Source: Octopus vulgaris (lineage: Eukaryota). Taken from it: a stretch of 64,000 bases of DNA. The position numbers and the translations under genes are program-made. The number at the start of each line of letters is the position of its first letter. Positions within the stretch are counted from its first letter, which is position 1. Where the stretch lies: assembly GCA_951406725.2 (NCBI GenBank), contig OX597833.1, positions 8,494,001 through 8,558,000 on the forward strand, written 5' to 3'. The notes beneath the pieces were generated by a model that did not search any database, was not told the DNA's origin, and worked only from the letters and a program-made list of their open reading frames with translations. Below, piece by piece: positions 40,122-52,502 of the stretch.

Positions 40122-40219
40122 ATATATATATATATTAACATTCAAAATGTGGCCGCATGTGTACCGTTGGCGATTTTTTTTCTTCCGTCTTCCCTTCTCT
40201 GGAATTTTCCTTTTCCTAT

Positions 40220-40254
40220 GTTTCTGATGAAGAGCTCCGCTTGAAACGTTAAAC
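40220..40254 (+). ncRNA. minimal type-I hammerhead ribozyme motif (Penelope-like) within a ~210-bp element (40137-40348) between (TA)n tracts
   Basis: GTTT-CTGATGA-A-GAGC tcc GCTT-GAAA-C-GTT^AAAC. Stem I GUUU/AAAC, stem II GAGC/GCUU, palindromic ACGU stem III, one extra A after the core. Confidence 0.65.
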
Positions 40255-40595
40255 CCTCCTTCTTTCCTGAGCATCCAATAATACTATATTTGTTCCACGT
40301 CCTCGCGATGTGTTTTCTCTTCGTGTTTTCATGTTTGGATTAACTTTATATATATATACACACATATTCTTTTATTCTGTTACTTGTTTCAGTCATTTGA
40401 CTGCAGCCATGCTGGAGCACTGCCTTTAGTCAAACTAATCAATCCCAGGACTTATTCTTTGTAAGCCTATTACTTATTCTATCGGTCTCTTTTGCCGAAC
40501 CACTAAGTTACAGGGACATAAACTCACCAGCATTGGTTGTCAAGCGATGTTGGGGAGGAACAACACAGCCACACAAACAAATACACACGCATACA

Positions 40596-40652
<57 letters not shown>

Positions 40653-40972
40653 GGAGATACAGTGGGCTTCTTTCAGATTCTGTCTACCAAATCCACTCAC
40701 AAGACACTTGCCCAAGGTGCCAGGCAGTGGGACTGAACCCAGAACCATTTGGTTGGGAAGCCACTCCTGCACCTATCTTTGTTGATATTAGTACAGGATC
40801 AACTTTCAAAATTCTCTGGAAGAAAGTTGGAAATGATATTAAGATCACTAAAAAGAAATTCTTTACATGCTTATGTAACACATAAGTCTGTAGTTCCTAT
40901 TAGCAAATGGAACATGTGTAATGGAAAAGAAATAATACCAAAAAATTTCCATTTTATTGTTTTGTTATATAT

Positions 40973-42455
40973 ATCATCATCATCATCATCATCATCATTT
41001 AACATCCGTTCTCCATATTGGCATGGGTTGGATGGTTTGACTGAAAACTAGTAAGCTGCATCAAATTCCAATCTGTTTTGGCATGGTTTCTTACAGTTGG
41101 ATGCCCTTCCTAATGCCAACCACACCAAACGAGTTGTAGTAAGTGCCTTTTACCCCACCTGCACAGATACCAATTATGAAACACCTGCATTGGCCATGAC
41201 TATAATCTCACTCGGCTTGACAGGTCTTCTCAAGCACACTACATTGCCAAAGGGGTCACTCCCTTGTCACTGCCTTTGTGAGGCCCAAAGTTCAAAGGGT
41301 GCTTTTTATGTGACACTGGCAGGGGCCACATCTGTGATTTCACTTGGTTCGATTGGTCTTCTCAAGCACAGCATATTGCTAAGGGTCTCAGTCACTAGTC
41401 ATTGCCACTATGAGGCCCACTGGTCAAAGATCGTGCTTCATTACCTCATCCCATGTCTTCCTGGGACTATCCCTTCCACAGGTTCCCTCCACAGTTAGAA
41501 ATCAGCACTTCTTTACACGGCTGTCCTCGTCCATACACATCACATGACCATACCAGCGCAGTGTGACTGGCAGGTCAGAACATCTCAACTTTCTGACCTT
41601 CATGCTGTTGGTCCTTGGCAAAGCTCTTCCTTTCTGCTTCTGTTTTAGCCAGATATACTTGATACCTTGCTTCTCTTTTAGCTGTCTGATATGGTTCTTT
41701 GCTACCTCTACTCTTCCAGTCTTCCCATGGGAAGGACTTTGCATTCATGAGCACCCACCTGTCCCTGTTTCTGGTGAGGATGCAGTCGGCCTGGTTAGTG
41801 CACCCATAAGACTGACAAGTCGTCAGGCGGCTGGCAGGTTTCCTGGAGTTGGTATTGCAAACCATTAAGTCATTTGCATCACAAAACTCCAACTGCTTTG
41901 TTTCCCACTCTCTTTGGAAACAAAAGCCTTAGCCTTCATGTACACCATGAAAACCATCAGAGTGTTTTCTACTGTGGTCATTGAAGTCCTCTGCCACAAT
42001 GGGAACATTATTGTCTATCATTGTTATGGTAATCTGTAGAAGGGTTTCATAGAAACAGTCCTTCTGAACATCTGTGAGTCTGACACACGGAGCATATGCA
42101 GAGATTGACATTGTTATTTTAAACAAGACTAATCTTAGCTTAATAATTCTATCACACAGCCTGACTACCTCACTCACCTTATTCACCCATTTCTCTGCCA
42201 AAAGAATACCTATGCCATCTAATCCATCATTACTTCCCATCCAGAAGAACTTATGTCTTTTTCATGTGAGCAGCTTACCTGAGGCTTCCCACCATCATAC
42301 CTCTTGCACACAACACACATTTACATGCCTCTGCTCAAGCATTTCAACAATCTCACTGAACCTGTGTTTCAATGTACTGCTGTTGATTGTGGCAGCTCTG
42401 ATCTTATGAGTCATAAGAAGCCTAGGAGGGAGACTGTGGGGATGTTTTCAGCACC
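40973..42455 (-). mobile_element. internally deleted RTE LINE retaining APE endonuclease remnants and the 3' end
   Basis: IRAATIN..EIVEMLEQRHVNVCCVQEV, GIGILLAEKWV, ISAYAP, AEDFNDH, FCDANDLMVCNT, QADCILTR; then jumps to LRWYGHVMCMDEDSRVKKC and the (GAT)n tail. Confidence 0.85.
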
Positions 42456-43042
42456 TGGAAATAAGATTTTAGCAGCTTAGTGTAAGTTGGTGCAGGTACA
42501 GGCTGCAGCATAGATTACAATTGTAATTACAATTTTCTTCAGTACCATACAGCCTTTATGGGTAAGCAACTTTTTGGGGGAGGGGCACGGGTACATTACA
42601 AGTTTATAATGGCAATGCAGGAGTAGCCACACACACACCATGATTATATACACTTCCAAATCATCACCAGTGTTGCATTATAGACATATATACATAACTA
42701 TACTCTCATATACATATGTGCATACATGAACAATGCATTAGACGTGGAGACATGCATGTGGGCACCACAAGCTGCTTAAGTACATTATATGTACCCATAT
42801 ATTATGCATTTGTGAAAGCAATTCACAAGTTGTAAAACTTGTGAAGTGCACCATCTGCTTATCTGTCTGTCTGTATGTATACATACATAGACATACATAA
42901 ATTGCATAAATATCTGTCCATAGTTTTCCAATGAACATGTTCATACATGAGCAGGTTAAACAAACATACACAAACATAAAAATGTACACAAATGCACACA
43001 CATATATGTATGTATGTGTGTGTGTGTATATATATATATGTA

Positions 43043-43074
<32 letters not shown>

Positions 43075-43450
43075 CATACATATGCAGATATATATGTGTG
43101 TGTGTATATATAATTTCTGTTCCCATGACATTCAATAGATATATATAGGTATGTATGTATTGAGAAGCCTTGTCAAGTCAAGTGAAATCATGGTCATTGG
43201 CGTTGCCAGTGTCTTGGGAATGGCGCCCATGAAATAGTGATGACCATTGACGGTGTCATGTAAATGGTACCCGTGCTGGTGGCACGTTAAAAGCACCTAC
43301 AAGACTCTTGGAGTGGTTGGTGTTAGGAAGGGCATCCAGCTGTAGAAACTATGCTGAATCAGACTGGAACCCTCCAGCTTACCAGTTCCAGTCAAACTGG
43401 CTGACCCAGCATGTCAGCATGGAAAGCAGACATTAACTGATGATGATGTA

Positions 43451-43504
<54 letters not shown>

Positions 43505-43507
<3 letters not shown>

Positions 43508-43805
43508 GAGGGTGAGTCAAAATGAAAAGCCATTTTGTTTAGAACAGGTATAATTACCAACACAAGAACATGACTCATACATCAAAATGAAGCTGGTCCT
43601 CTGTGGATCACATCCCTACTTATCATAGTTACCGTTTCTCTCAATAGCAATGTTCCTCCTTCAAATGAGAGCATGTATCTCTTCCCTGTAAAATTCTGTT
43701 GACTGTTCTTTGAGCCGCTTCTTCACTACAGTTTCCACTTCCTCATCACTGGACTATCATCTCTTCGGCCCATGAAAGAGGGTTTGAGTGACAAACATTA
43801 TTCTA
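43505..43805 (-). mobile_element. mariner 3'-end relic inserted in (TA)n
   Basis: TA-CGAGGGTGAGTCAAA TIR start; the minus strand shows a decayed mariner C-terminus (I..L..R...IERNGNY). Confidence 0.6.
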
Positions 43806-43879
43806 AATAAATCAAACAATGCAAGGAACATCTGCTATTAGGATTTCTTTCATTCAGTTCAGAAGTGCATCCGTGAATG

Positions 43880-44160
43880 GTCTAATAACCAAACAGGCAT
43901 ACTAACAATCAGCCGTGGGCAACGCCGGGTATGCCTGCTAGTGTAAATAAAGATGAGAATGTCTGTTTGTCTGTGTGAATGCCTAAAACTCAAGAACTAC
44001 ACAACTGATTTCATTCAAATTTTACACGTGCCTTACTTAGGATCCTTGCAGACCAAAATAGTTTTCAAATTCTTGCCTAATGCGAGCCAAGATCAATCTC
44101 TTATCTCTTACATTATTTCACTATTACATTTCTATTACAATGTGAGATAATACTTTCAGT
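43880..44160 (+). mobile_element. Helitron-like ends (3' hairpin plus CTAGT, followed by a 5'-type segment)
   Basis: ccgtgggcaacgccgggta...ctagt resembles Helitron 3' termini. Confidence 0.4.
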
Positions 44161-44455
44161 TTGAAAGACATCTGTCCTATATATCATCATCATCATCGTT
44201 TAACGTCCGCTTTCCATGCTAGCATGGGTTGGACAGTTCAACTGGGGTCTGGGAAGCCAGAAGGCTGCACCAGGCTCCAATCTGATCTGGCAGTGTTTCT
44301 ACAGCTGGATGCCCTTCCTAATGCCAACCACTCCGTGAGTGTAGTGGGTGCTTTTTACGTGCCTCCAACACAGGTGCCAGACGAGGCTGGTGAACGACCA
44401 CGCTCGGATGGTGCGTTTTACGTGCCACCGGCACGTATATATATATATATATATG

Positions 44456-45063
44456 TTAGAAATATTGAATTTCTAAATGTCTCAGAGAGACATGAGTGGT
44501 GGTGGAGCGATGGAGTGGTTGTATAATGTCAACTTAACGTGACAGTCCCGTAAAGGGAATTACACCACTGCTGTTTAGCCCTAGGAAACATCGACGCTTC
44601 CTGTCGGCTTTGACACATTTCCTGTGTCCTTATATTTGCGAAGGGGAGGCAAGCACCCCCCAACAGCCAGGGCCTGCACCCAGAGACATGCATGTTTCTG
44701 AGTCTTTGCTTGTCATCAGTCCAGGGTAGTGAGTCCTGCTAGTTGAGATACCTGCCAAGGCCTCGCAAATATATGTATTTACAGTGAAATCTATTCACTG
44801 GTCACAGAAATTAGAAATATTGAATTTCTAAATGTCTCAGAGAGACACGAGTGGTGTTGGAGCGATAGAGTGGTTGTATACTGTCAACTTAACGTGACAG
44901 TCCCATAAAGGGAATTACAACACCGTTATTTAGCCCTAGGAAGCATTGACGCTTCCTGTCGGCTTTGACACATTTCCCGTGTCCTTATATTTGCGAAGCA
45001 CCTAGCACCTAGAGACCTGCATATCTCTAGGTGCTAGCCCTAGCTGGTAGGGGTGCTTGCCTC
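44456..45063 (-). mobile_element. 355-bp tandem-unit non-coding element (1.5 copies plus inverted segment) carrying a hammerhead; retrozyme / Penelope pLTR-like
   Basis: 44456-44643 is repeated at 44811-44998 (offset 355). Hammerhead at 44679-44725(-). Fold-back at 45002-45037 and inverted copy to 45063. Confidence 0.75.
44679..44725 (-). ncRNA. type-I hammerhead ribozyme motif (stem II decayed)
   Basis: Minus strand reads CCTGGA-CTGATGA-CAAGCAAAGACTCA-GAAA-CATGCATG-TC^TCTGGG. Intact core, palindromic stem III ACAUGCAUGU, GUC cleavage triplet, 6-bp stem I with wobble pairs. Confidence 0.72.
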
Positions 45064-45064
45064 G

Positions 45065-45732
45065 GAAGTCCTCCAAAGTGAAGATGTCCAGCCAAGACCC
45101 TTGTCACAGCCTCCTGCATCTTGGGGAACAAGTCACAGGGAGCAGGGGGAGGATACCTCTGCCAAAGTGTTGATTACCTGGATGGAATTGTGGACTGCTG
45201 CTGCATTCTCTTGGTGCAGGTGTTCTGGCCCTTTGCAACGAAATCTCTCCCTGAACCCCCACCCCAACCGCCACAAAGATCTGTTTGTTGACCGTTTGGC
45301 CAGAGGGAACCCAGTGGATGCAGATGATGCCCTTGCATCACAACTTTCCAGGTGGACTTGTTCTGCTTGGACACTTGTGCCCGTGGAAAACAATTGCTTG
45401 GCCTCATACAAGTTAATCCATGCCCAGTCTGGAGCATTTCAAAAGTTTCTACAGCATTTCCCCCTCGTTTAACACAAAATTTTATTGCATGGTGAACCTC
45501 TTCCGAATTTCCTTCATCTCCCAACTGCGTCCTGCAAACCAGTCACCTGTGACAAGCAGTGTTTAGTAGGATGGGTTCAAAGTGCCTTTACAGCCGTTTC
45601 TTTCTTTCTGGAATAAGAAAAGGTGGCAGGTCAGCTTATTAGATGTATTGTAATGATAGACTAAAATTATAAGAATCTTAAGATAGTTCTGCCTGTCCTG
45701 AAAAAGTCTCGAAACTTCTGGAATGCACCTTG
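45065..45732 (-). mobile_element. internally deleted mariner transposon relic
   Basis: HAIKFCVKRGGNAVETFEMLQTGHG (mariner N-terminal HTH), HQENAAAVH (decayed HHDNA..H), SPCSL (decayed PYSPDL); TIR-like aggtgcattccagaagtttcgagac. Confidence 0.75.
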
Positions 45733-46112
45733 CCGAGTATTTTGTTTGCTCATCTGACTGAATTAGCAACTCATTTAATTACAGTGGAAGTGGTTGCGTA
45801 TTCCACAGACAGACGTACCCTGAATATAATCATTATACAGTGTGACACAGTGTGGGACAGAGCTGAGAAATTCCTTTCAAAAGCTTCCATACAGTTTCCG
45901 TCACTTTAATTCTACTCATAAGACTTGGGTGAACCTGAAGCTGTAGTAAATCACAAATGGCCAAGACACTGTGAAGTGGGATTGAACCCAGGGCTTCATC
46001 AGTGCAAAAGAAACTTCTTAGGAAATGTATCAAGCATACAGACACACAAGACTCACTCACTTATGTAGATTGGTGGATGGATGGATGGTCAGACAGACCG
46101 ACAGACAGATAG

Positions 46113-46600
46113 ATCATCATCCTCATTGTTCGACTGTGGTTGAGACAATGGAATTTACCATGCTACGCCAGACTTCACGGTCCATCATGGCATTACGGAG
46201 GTCCTGTTGCTGGATGCCTGTATCCCTGGAGATTACATCAGGGTAGGAGAGTGTGCGCCCTCTGGTATTGCGAGTAGATGGCTTCCAGAGGAGAAGAGTA
46301 GAAATTACTTCTTTTTCAGCTCTACAACAATGTCCAGCAAACTGGACTCTCCTACCTTTCACAAGAGATGACACAGGTGGTAGTTTCCCATATATTTGCA
46401 TTTTGGTTGGATGGCGCTTCCACGAGAGATTTTGAGCTCTCATAAGGAGGCGAGTGTAGGTTCCATCCAACCGCCTCTCAAGCTTCTTTGATAACATCCA
46501 GGTTTCTGAGCCATATAGTAGAATTGGTTCGACTGTGGCTTTGAAGATTTCAAGTTTGAAGTCTCTACTTAGATTTGATGACCATATCTTATGCATGTCT
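46113..46600 (-). mobile_element. young 5'-truncated RTE-clade LINE of a second family; open RT C-terminus
   Basis: 157-aa open frame KLEIFKATVEPILLYGSETW...RRVQFAGHC..DREVWR. The stop codon runs straight into a short (GAT)n tail. Inserted in a GATA/GACA microsatellite. Confidence 0.85.
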
Positions 46601-46606
46601 TATGAA

Positions 46607-46618
46607 AGATAGATAGAC

Positions 46619-46696
<78 letters not shown>

Positions 46697-46714
46697 GTAG
46701 GTAGGTAGGTAGGT

Positions 46715-46772
<58 letters not shown>

Positions 46773-46813
46773 GTAGGTAGGTAGATAGATAGATAGATAT
46801 ATAGGTAGGTAAG

Positions 46814-46856
<43 letters not shown>

Positions 46857-46865
46857 GTAGGTAGG

Positions 46866-46899
<34 letters not shown>

Positions 46900-47142
46900 A
46901 ACAAACAGACAGACAGGTAGGTAGATTAATAGCTATAGCTAGATAGACAGATAAGCACAGACTGATAGAGAGAGACAGACAGACAGACACCCAGAGATAA
47001 TGAGTTGATATAAATTAGAAGTGAGACTAGCTGTAGCAGCAGCAGCAGTGGCAGCAGCTACAGCTGTGGTGATGGTGGTGGTGGTGGTGGTGGTGGCGAC
47101 GGCTGCAGGGGTGGTGGTGACAGCAGTAGCAGTAGTAGTAGC

Positions 47143-47180
<38 letters not shown>

Positions 47181-47181
47181 C

Positions 47182-47214
<33 letters not shown>

Positions 47215-47352
47215 CAGCAGATTCACTTGTGGAATGGAGAACTTGGAAGGGAACCAAAAACAAGGACATCATCACAGCAACCAATAATAACAATAATAAC
47301 AATAACAATGACAATGATAATAATAAAAGTAATAATAATAATAATAATAATC
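46607..47352. repeat. (GATA/GACA/GGTA)n array followed by successive (GCA)/(GTG)/(GTA)/(AAT)n trinucleotide tracts
   Basis: Directly visible in the sequence. Confidence 0.95.
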
Positions 47353-48044
47353 CTTTCTACTATAGGCATAAGGCCTGAAATTTTGTGGGGAGGGGCTAAC
47401 TGATTACATCAACCTCAGTACACAGCTGGTACTTATTTCATTGACCCCGAAAGGATGAAAATCAAAGTTAACCTCAGTGGGATTAGAACCCCTAATGCAA
47501 TGAGTCAAATAAAATAGCACATAGTATTTTTTGAGACACTTTAACACCTCCACTTGTCTCCCCACCCCCTCGAAAAATAATATATTGCTTTATTACCCAC
47601 AAGGGGCTAAACACAGAGGGGACAAACGGATTAAGTTGATTACATCGACCCCAGTGCGTAACTGGTACTTAATTTATCAACCCCGAAAGGATGAAAGGCA
47701 AAGTCAACCTCGGCGAATTTGAACCCAGAACGTAACAGAAGACGAAATACGGCTACACATTTCGCCCGGCGTGCTAACGGTTCTGCCAGCTCGCTACATC
47801 CCAAGCAGAGGCCACGGGTTATGGTCTCAAAATAATAATCCACACTATGTTTCTAGTATGACTCTCCCACCCTAACCCTCCCCCTCCTTATATCTTTCCA
47901 GCCTCTTCACACACAACTAATATATATTCCCTCTGCCTGTGAACACCTTCTGCCCACCCATTCTGCTCCTTACCAACAGGGGAAACAAATTGATTAAGAA
48001 ATTAAGGTTATTACAGCTTATGTTCCTCCATCTGTCATAATGAT

Positions 48045-48378
48045 ACTCACACCTGTTGTACAGGGACACACCTGCCTGTCATACAGGGACACACCTGTTG
48101 TACAGACATACATATCATATGGACACACACCTGTCATACTGACATAAGCCTGTCAAATTGACACACACCTGTTGTACAGAGACATACCTTTCATACAGGT
48201 GCACACAGACATACACCTGTCATATAAACACACACCTTTCATACAGACACACACATGCCACACAGACACACACCTGTCATACAGACACACACCTGTCATA
48301 CAGACATATACATGTCACACAGACACACACCTGTCATACAGATGCACACATGCCACACACCTGTCATACAGACACACA
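48045..48378. repeat. ~20-22 bp minisatellite (cacacctgtcatacagaca)
   Basis: About 15 diverged tandem units. Confidence 0.85.
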
Positions 48379-48639
48379 GAAGTCATTACAAAAGATGTCA
48401 TTCTCACTTTTCTTATGAAGAAAATTCTTCTCGCTTCGTACTTTTGGGGATTATAAGAGATCCCTCACTTGGGAAACGGTTAAGGGTTAGTGACAGGAAA
48501 AGTATCCAGTTGTAAAACAAATCCTCACAAAAATATTCATCTAATCCAAGCTAACTTGGGAAAATGGATATAAAATATAAGATGGCATTAATGATAATTA
48601 GAGCTGATGGAATCTGGGCACAGAAAAAGCCCTGTTGTT

Positions 48640-48653
48640 GTTGCTATGACAAC
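48640..48653. promoter_or_regulatory. RFX X-box-like motif GTTGCTATGACAAC
   Basis: Fits the GTTNCNATGNCAAC palindromic consensus in non-repeat sequence. Function is untested. Confidence 0.25.
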
Positions 48654-50077
48654 AGATAAGCAGAACCATTGGAATGAAAGCAGTTTTTATGTAAAAGTGC
48701 ATGGCTTAGTGGTTTAGGGTGTTTAGCTCCTGGTTGGCAGTTTGCGAGTTCAGTTCCTAGGAGTATATTGTGTCTTTGGGTAAGAAACTTTATTTTGCTC
48801 CAATCCACTCAGTTGGCAAAAAGGAATTCTACCAGTATTTCAAGGGGCCAGCCTGGTCACATGCTAACTCTCCCTGAGAACCACATTAAGAGTACACCTG
48901 TCCAGGGAGTGTTCATTCATTTGCACTTTCATGGACAGGCTGTTAATTTGATTCGATTAGCTGGATCCTTCTCCGTAGAAACCGATGGAAGTGCCATAAT
49001 TCTCTTGGTGAACATTGGTCCAAGTGTTTTACTGATATTAGCTGCTAGAATTGAAGGGCAAATAAAGAAGATCTTGTTGGATAAGTAAAGAGTAGGGCTG
49101 GAGTTGAGGACAAGGGTTAAAATGTTTGTTGAGGTGTTGCATAGGGGTCAGGGTGTGACAAGGTGGAGCAGATTATCGTGAATATGAAAAGATCAGGTCT
49201 TTACGGCAGTGATATTATGGTGGGAGACAGGAAAGGGGTTAATGTAATGCTGGATTCCTTTAAAAATAAGGGAAATGTTTACTGCAGTGGTGGTTGGTGG
49301 AGCTTTAAAAGTGGTGTTCCTTCCTTCCTGTCTCTTGACCATGTGGCCATTCGGCCATTTGTTGATGATGCCACAACCAGATTTCACCATTTCTCCCAGA
49401 TTTCTGCTGCCCTCTGTGAATCAGTGAAACTGAGGCCTGCTCCCTCTCCGATGGTAACCCAGGCAACAACTAATCTGGTCTGGGTGTCATCCTCATGGAT
49501 AAGTTAGCTTGGCATCACCCATTCCTCCCCATGCCGTTAGTCACAACCGCATGCCTTTACTCAAGACATGCCTGGGCCCTGAACATTAGGCTGTTGACCT
49601 GACCAGGTTCCTCTGTCCTAGCCATTGGCTCCTTGTGAAGCCTTACCCAGAGTCTTTCACCTACTGATGCAGTATTAACATCATCCCCTCACTTTGTTTT
49701 TGCTCACCAGCTGAAGTGGGATACTGGGGTATGGTGTTAAGGGCTATCAAGCAGGAGATTAGGAGCTGATTGAGGACCAGAGATGCCTGTCTACATGACC
49801 ATCCCAAAAGTACTACACTTATTCAAAGCCTCTTACTAAGAGCAAAGTTAGTGCATTGTGTGGGAGAGTGACACTCAACTAGAATATCTCACTTGGTCCC
49901 CAGCCATGACCACCTTAAAAAGCAGCACTGGGGTCAGTCTTTTAAGTTATATTTTAGGACATCATAGCTCACTCAAATGGAGAGTTGCTGTCGACTGAGA
50001 TGTACTCAGGCGTTTGTGGTATATTTGGTACAAATTGTAAGAGAAAAATCCACTCCAATCATTTTGGTGCATATTAC

Positions 50078-50198
50078 CTGGTAAAGTTACACAGGTGGTG
50101 GTTAAGTGTGTTGAGCAGGTTGACAGATGAACGTGTGTCTTTGTGTAGTTCAGTTTCGATTGGTGCTCAGGGCATTTCATGTTGAAACGGTTGTCAGC
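50078..50198 (-). other. candidate 121-nt exon
   Basis: Acceptor ctcttcctcattttacag| and donor CAG|gtaata. One open frame, ADNRFNMKCPEHQSKLNYTKTHVHLSTCSTHLTTTCVTLP. Lies just downstream (minus sense) of a CpG-richer region at 50.2-51.9 kb. Confidence 0.5.
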
Positions 50199-52502
50199 CT
50201 GTAAAATGAGGAAGAGTTTTATGCTGCACCCAGGTACCGTTTGAATATTACGGGGTCTTTTCCTCCTTTCCTTTCTTTCGAAATAACGTTGAATAAAGCA
50301 GAGCCGAAAGAAAAAAAGATGTATCACAATTTTGGGTGATGTAAACCCGACTTTTTGTAGGGAACATGGTTCTAGGACCAAGCCTCAGGAAACTTGGGAG
50401 CTTGAAAGCAGCATCATTTGGATGTGTTTTTTTTATTCATGTCCAGATGGGAAGAAGTGGATGATGTAGTGTGTGGAGTATCCATCCACAGAGATGGGGG
50501 ACGGACTTTACCTTCTTAAGTGGACATGGAACGGGATTGGAGCGAAAAGGCTAGAAAATAAAAACAGAGCACGAAGGAATTTGTCTGAGACGAATAAGAT
50601 GTTTGGTTTTGCCTGTTGTTTACATTCAAGCCAGATCGATCAGATTTACTATGAAGGGAAATCTCAAAATGACCATCACGTCTTTTACGACTAACTAGGA
50701 CTACCATTTTATAATGTGCAACTTTCTATTAAGATGACAGCGTGTTGAGGGAGATTTGACTGCGATTTCAGGCAGTTCGAGTAACCAGCTTGTCAGTGTG
50801 AGACCGTAGGCAAAATCAAAGCTGGGCCCAAGTCCACGTATATTAGAAATGGTGCAGTTCTCTCTTACACACACACACACGTGCGTGTTCCCTTTATACT
50901 CTTTACCGCTTTACTAAACATTCCACTCCACTTCCCGCTCACCGCCGCCACCATCATCACCATCACTACACCCCCCTCCTCCCATCACGGCTTGAATCCA
51001 TTCTCCCACTACCACCCTCCCCATCACCACCACCCTGATCACTCGTCTCCCCGCCACCACCACCACCGCCTGTTATTCCTACTGCTACCACTACCCTAAC
51101 TACTAATCCATCCTCCCACCACCATCATCACGACTAAAGCTGCTACCACCTCTCGAATTCATACTCCCACCATCACCAACAACTTTGTCCGTTTTGTCGT
51201 CCATGTTTTAGAGTAGTTTTATTAACGAATGTCAGCTTCTACAGATTCTGAGAGAGAGAAAGAGAGGCGAAGCCCGCGTGAGACTAAGTCTTATATGTGT
51301 GTCTGTATGGCAACGGGTTCATCTTCGTGTGTGTATGTGTGTGATTATGCGTAAGCGCGAGTATCTGTCGCTATGCGCGTGCGTGTGTCAATGTGACTAA
51401 TTGATATCTGAGTGTGGGGATGTTCGTCAATCTCTTTGACCATGTGTGTGTGTGGGAGAGACTACCTATGTCTGTGTGACAATATTTGCCTATGCCTGCG
51501 GAACTGCGTGTAATTATTTGTTATAGAGAGAATAATATAATAATAATAATGTAATTACGTATGTGACTGCATAACTGTGCGTGTATGACTGTCTATGCGT
51601 TACTGTGTATGTATGTATTTGTGATTATCAATGTTATTCTGTGTGTAATTATGTGTACGTTTTTATGACTGTTTCTCTGTGTGGGTATGTGTATGTGTGC
51701 ATTACTCTGTGTGTGTGTGTGTGTGCACGGTAATGTATGTATGACTGTTAATGGCTGAGTGTGTGACTATATATGTGTGTGTGTGTGTGCGCGCGTGCGT
51801 GTAACGAAAGTTAAGTTTGGACACACATAATTAAATGGTTATGAGCTCCACCTAACAACACCGAGGTTCCGGTTCTCTTCCACTGTGTGCCACCTTGTGT
51901 GTCTTGTGAGTAGAACTGGGTTTATGGAAACTGTGTGGAAGCCCTTCTGATGGATTGTAGTCGTAATACAAAGGTCAAGCTTTGTCACACAAATTCTACC
52001 TGAGAATAACATTAAAGGTACGTGAGTCTGAGGTGTACTCTGTCACTTCATGTGAATACAATTGTAACGTGACTGAACGACTGAATGCACATTGGCAGGA
52101 TCCATGATGATTGTGATGACGATGGTGGAGGTGGTGGTGGTGATGGTGGTGGAGGTAGTGGAGGTGGTTGTGGTGGTGGTGACAATGATGTTGTGGACTG
52201 ATGAAACACAAATGTCACCATGACCTACAAAGATTTTCTCTTACCTGCTTCTGTGCCATATGACCCCCTTCTGTGCCATATGTCCCTCCTCAATCCTTGT
52301 GCCTAGATATACAATTTCCTCATTTCTTTAAGGAGCCCCATTACATGTCCCCTGCAGACAGTGGCCAGTCTGAGAGTTGGAACACATTTCCAATGTCCAG
52401 CCTACTCTTGTTTAGATGCAAGGTAACATTGATCAAACAGAACCATGATCAAAGGCCTTCCAGCCATGACCATCAGAGCTTTTTGTGTACATATTAAATG
52501 TA

